From: Chloroflexota bacterium
GTDB taxonomy: Bacteria > Chloroflexota > UBA11872 > VXOZ01
Length of the DNA: 64,000 nt
Reading direction: 5' to 3'
NCBI GenBank assembly: GCA_965221905.1
Contig: OZ244922.1
Span: forward strand, 3,264,001 to 3,328,000
The first letter of the stretch is position 1. Each line of letters begins with the position of its first letter. Positions 60,707 to 64,000 of this stretch are shown here, in pieces. Made by a program: the position numbers and the translations under genes. The notes beneath the pieces were generated by a model. It was not told the DNA's origin. It was given only the letters and a program-made list of their open reading frames with translations, and did not search any database.

Positions 60707-61069
60707 CTAGAAGATTTCGCTAATCTTCTTGCCCGAATAAAGGATATTGATGACAACCAACGCGGCCCAAACGATAGCAACGCCCATTAATCCGACCATG
60801 TCGGCCGCGATCGGAGTCAAGGGCACTGCGAAAACAAACGAGCATATCGGCACGGCTGGGGAGAGAGAGCTTTTGGGGGCACTCTGAAGGCGCGCTTCAA
60901 CGCGGCTGTCGATCACGGCGTCGAGACGCTCCATCAGCATGTCGGCCAGTTCGTCGTTGTACTCAGTGCCGAGTTCCTGCCGCGCCGAGAGGATTGCCCG
61001 CAACTCTTCGCGGGTGCCATCGGCTTCCTGGCGCTCTGCTTTGTTTTGGTCTGCCCCGCTACTGCTCAT
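60707..61069 (-). CDS. Small membrane protein, paralogue 1
   Basis: SARQELGTEYNDELADMLMERLDAVID.RVEARL followed by two TM helices. Confidence 0.75.
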   Translation of the reverse strand: MSSSGADQNKAERQEADGTREELRAILSARQELGTEYNDELADMLMERLDAVIDSRVEARLQSAPKSSLSPAVPICSFVFAVPLTPIAADMVGLMGVAIVWAALVVINILYSGKKISEIF

Positions 61070-61302
61070 GCTCACCTTCCCTCTCGCCTGGATCAATTGT
61101 GTTTGCGCCGGCACATTTCCTGCTAATCGCCTATTGTAGGAGCACGGCATGCCGTGCCCCTACCCTAATTTCAAAGCAATCCGACCACTATTCTTCGAGC
61201 TAAGGCTCCAGTCTTCGAGCTAAGGCTCCAGATATTTCGCTCCGCTTGCGAGGAAAAGACCACGATGCAGGAGATCGGCTTCATCGGCATTATGCAGCGA
61301 GA

Positions 61303-61665
61303 CTAGAAAATGTCGCTGATCTTCTTGCCGGAGTAAAGAATATTTACGACGATCAACGCGGCCCAGACGATAGCTACACCTCTGAAACCGACCGTACTGG
61401 CCGCAACCGCGGTCAAGGGAATCGCGAAAACTATCGAGATGATCGGCACGGCTGGGGAGAGAGAACTCTTCGGGACATTCTGCAGGCGCGCTTCAACGCG
61501 CCGGTCAATGACGGCATCGAGACGCTCCATCAGCATGTCGGCCAGTTCGTCGTTGTACTCCGTGCCGAGATCCTGCCGCGCCGAGAGGATGGCGTCCAAC
61601 TCCTCGCGGGCGCGCTTGGCCTCTTCGCGCTTTGCTTTGCTCCGGTCTGCCTCGCTATTGCTCAT
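61303..61665 (-). CDS. Small membrane protein, paralogue 2
   Basis: Highly similar to 60707-61069; RBS AAGGA. Confidence 0.78.
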   Translation of the reverse strand: MSNSEADRSKAKREEAKRAREELDAILSARQDLGTEYNDELADMLMERLDAVIDRRVEARLQNVPKSSLSPAVPIISIVFAIPLTAVAASTVGFRGVAIVWAALIVVNILYSGKKISDIF

Positions 61666-61804
61666 GCTCTATTTTCCTTCAATTTTCTAACGATGGTTGT
61701 TGCATGCTATGCTGCACTTGCCCTTTGCCGCATACGAGACTCTTGGCACTTTCACCCCGTCAGCGACAGCAGAAGCCTGCTTGCCCATCCAACGAGAGTC
61801 AGCC

Positions 61805-62164
61805 TCAGTCTCTTCTGCTTGCCGCGTAGATGATGTTGATCACAATGATGGCAATCCAGGGAGACCAAATGGTAAAGCCGGAGGCAAGAGGGCCCATAAT
61901 GGCACCGGCGATAGCCATCGCAGGCAGACCGGCAATGAGAGAGACAATTGGCAGCACCAATGGGGATGCGCTGCCTCTTCGTTTCTTAAGCTGCGCCTCG
62001 ACACGCTGGTCAATGGTGGCATGCAAGCGCTCGACAAACGAGTCAGCTAGCTCGGTGCCGAATCGCTCACCCAACTCTTGATGGGCCGCAACCATGGCCT
62101 GCACTTCCCGGCGCAACTGCGCGTCGCTCGGCGGCTCTGCCTTCTCTTGCTTATCCGCAACCAT
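61805..62164 (-). CDS. Small membrane protein, paralogue 3 (diverged)
   Basis: AAHQELGERFGTELADSFVERLHATIDQRVEAQL followed by two TM helices. Confidence 0.72.
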   Translation of the reverse strand: MVADKQEKAEPPSDAQLRREVQAMVAAHQELGERFGTELADSFVERLHATIDQRVEAQLKKRRGSASPLVLPIVSLIAGLPAMAIAGAIMGPLASGFTIWSPWIAIIVINIIYAASRRD

Positions 62165-62541
62165 AGAGCACCCTTCGATTTCTTTAACCGTATCGCCTCA
62201 TTCTTGCAGTTTATACAGTTAGCATATCAGAAAGTTAGAAGGGAACTGCAATCCTCTTAAGTTAAGGGGTATACCATACACCATCGAACCGTGCAACTCT
62301 TTGGAAGGTACTATGTCTCTCGGCAGTCCAAACCCAGTCCCATGCTTCTATCACGCAAGGCTACGGCCCGGCGGGGTCTCAAGAGTGAGGCGGCAATGTA
62401 GTTCTCAAGGACAAGCGAAGACGCACATGGCGAGGCCCGCACCATATATGAATTGCGTTTGGTCTTCAACCGGCCCTATCGGCAAACCAGCCGTTTCCAA
62501 GGACGCCGTCGGCATGGCCAACCGCTAATTGCCTCAGCGCA

Positions 62542-63552
62542 CTAGAGCGTAACCACGCTGCCCGTGCGGCTGGCCTCATAGGCGGCCAGAATGATGCGCA
62601 GGTTCATCAGACCGTCCTCGGCCGGGGTCGGCACTGGCCCTTTGCCATCCAACGCGTCGCAGAATGCGGTGAAGACGCGGGCAAAGGCATCAGGCGCAGC
62701 GGGCCTGGGCTCCGGGTACTCGCAATGGTCGCCCTTCCAAAGTTCGATTGGGCGATCTGTGCCGCCGCCGCCAAGCAAGATCGACCCCTCCGTGCCTTGG
62801 ATTTCACGGCTCGAAGTGCTCCTGTCCGCGCCCCAGCCGTTTTGAATCGAGGTGATGGCGCCGTTTTCGTGACGCAATATGGCAAGAGCGGTGTCTTCCA
62901 CCTCGAAATCGCGCGCAAAGGTGCCGACTGCGCCGAAGACTTCCCGGACCTCGGACTGCATAAGATACCGCGCCAGGTAGATGCTGTGGTAGCCGTTATC
63001 GAGCAAGGCCCCGCCACCGCCGCGCCCGGCCTTGGCGCGCCAGCCCGGGTCATAGGCCGCCGTGCCCTGGTAGTGATAGTTGCCGAACCCTTCGAATCGC
63101 ACCAGATAGGGCGTGCCGATTGCGCCTGCGTGCACCAGTTCCAACACGCGGCTCGGCACGCGCTGGCGCGAGTAGTTGTGGATCAGGGAAAAGACGACAC
63201 CGGCCTTCTCAATGACGGCAATCATCGCCAAGGCCTCGTTCTCGTTTGCGGCGATGGGCTTCTCCAAGAGAATGTTGTGTCCCGCCTCAGCGGCCGCAAT
63301 TGTAGCCGTATGGTGCAAGTGGTGGGGGAGGCAAATGTCTACGTAATCAATGTCGTCACGGGCAAGCAGATCGTGGTAGTCGATATAGCGCGCCTCGGAC
63401 GGGATCTGAAAACGGTCACCCAGCAGGTCGCGCCGCTCCGCCGCCGGATCCGCCACCGCCACCACGGAAATACGGCCCGCCAGCTCCACATAGCCCGGCA
63501 GGTGTCCTTGTTCCGCAATCCGACCGCAGCCGATGATGCCAACTCGCTTCAT
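62542..63552 (-). CDS. Gfo/Idh/MocA oxidoreductase
   Basis: GIIGCGRIA, LLEKPIA, GGGALLDNGYH. Confidence 0.92.
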   Translation of the reverse strand: MKRVGIIGCGRIAEQGHLPGYVELAGRISVVAVADPAAERRDLLGDRFQIPSEARYIDYHDLLARDDIDYVDICLPHHLHHTATIAAAEAGHNILLEKPIAANENEALAMIAVIEKAGVVFSLIHNYSRQRVPSRVLELVHAGAIGTPYLVRFEGFGNYHYQGTAAYDPGWRAKAGRGGGGALLDNGYHSIYLARYLMQSEVREVFGAVGTFARDFEVEDTALAILRHENGAITSIQNGWGADRSTSSREIQGTEGSILLGGGGTDRPIELWKGDHCEYPEPRPAAPDAFARVFTAFCDALDGKGPVPTPAEDGLMNLRIILAAYEASRTGSVVTL

Positions 63553-63694
63553 TGATCAATTTCCTTCATGATGTCATTAGTTTCGTCAACTATGACGCAG
63601 ATTGCGATTGCGCCTGTAAGACGATGCAAACACTCCAACTTCACTCTCTGTATCTCCCAAACTGCGACTCTCGTGATTCAGATAGCCATCCTCA

Positions 63695-63789
63695 GTAGCG
63701 CGGGGGCTTGTCCCCCGCCTCTTCCCTCTAACTGGGTCAGTTCAAACAGTCTCCTCATTCCTGCCGTAGCGCGGGGGCTTGTTCCCCGC
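63695..63789 (+). repeat. Two REP family A palindromes GTAGCGCGGGGGCTTGTCCCCCGC
   Basis: Copies also at ~827-850, 3330-3353 (reverse), 22724-22747 (reverse), ~24470 and ~39972. Confidence 0.75.
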
Positions 63790-64000
63790 CCCTTCGCACG
63801 AACGACTGATCTCAGAACTCTCCTTCCAGATCGTATACCAGCGAGCCGGAGAAGTGATAATCTTGCCACCTCTCGACGAGGCCCTTTCGCACCGGATTGT
63901 TTAGAACGTATTCTGCTACTTCCTCAAGGCTCTCCTCATCCCGCAAGATACGATCCCAGAAGCTCTCCTGCCAGATTCGACCGGTCACACCTAATTTCCA

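Noticed and set aside
61192-61231. 20-bp direct tandem duplication TCTTCGAGCTAAGGCTCCAG
   Set aside because: Only two copies; likely a slippage or excision footprint with no evidence of function.

Overview
GC-rich bacterial chromosomal window, probably Chloroflexota. This is inferred from many orphan Tat/lipoprotein solute-binding proteins, a nusA operon without rimP, and a short IF2. It contains catabolic and transport genes, an EF-G-like paralogue, tRNA-Pro(CGG), a SAM-I riboswitch ahead of a ThrC-like/MoaD-like pair, and the nusA-ylxR-infB-rbfA-nrnA-truB-ribF cluster. Four candidate conflict or defence modules are present: (1) a DUF433+PIN toxin-antitoxin pair; (2) an island of Vsr-C5 methyltransferase fusion, DUF4928, two dual-OB and two DUF488 genes; (3) a DUF262+HEPN cassette splitting infB from rbfA; and (4) most notably, a NYN/LabA ribonuclease gene. 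The NYN gene is preceded by a near-consensus promoter and a ~70-nt leader of two hairpins with identical UGCGU loops ending in a U-tract, an architecture resembling an RNA antitoxin (type III TA). Intergenic DNA is rich in several REP-like palindrome families, MITEs inserted into or carrying REPs, and a 114-bp tandem array. No CRISPR-cas locus or intact transposase was found. All family assignments come from visual motif recognition; no database searches were run.
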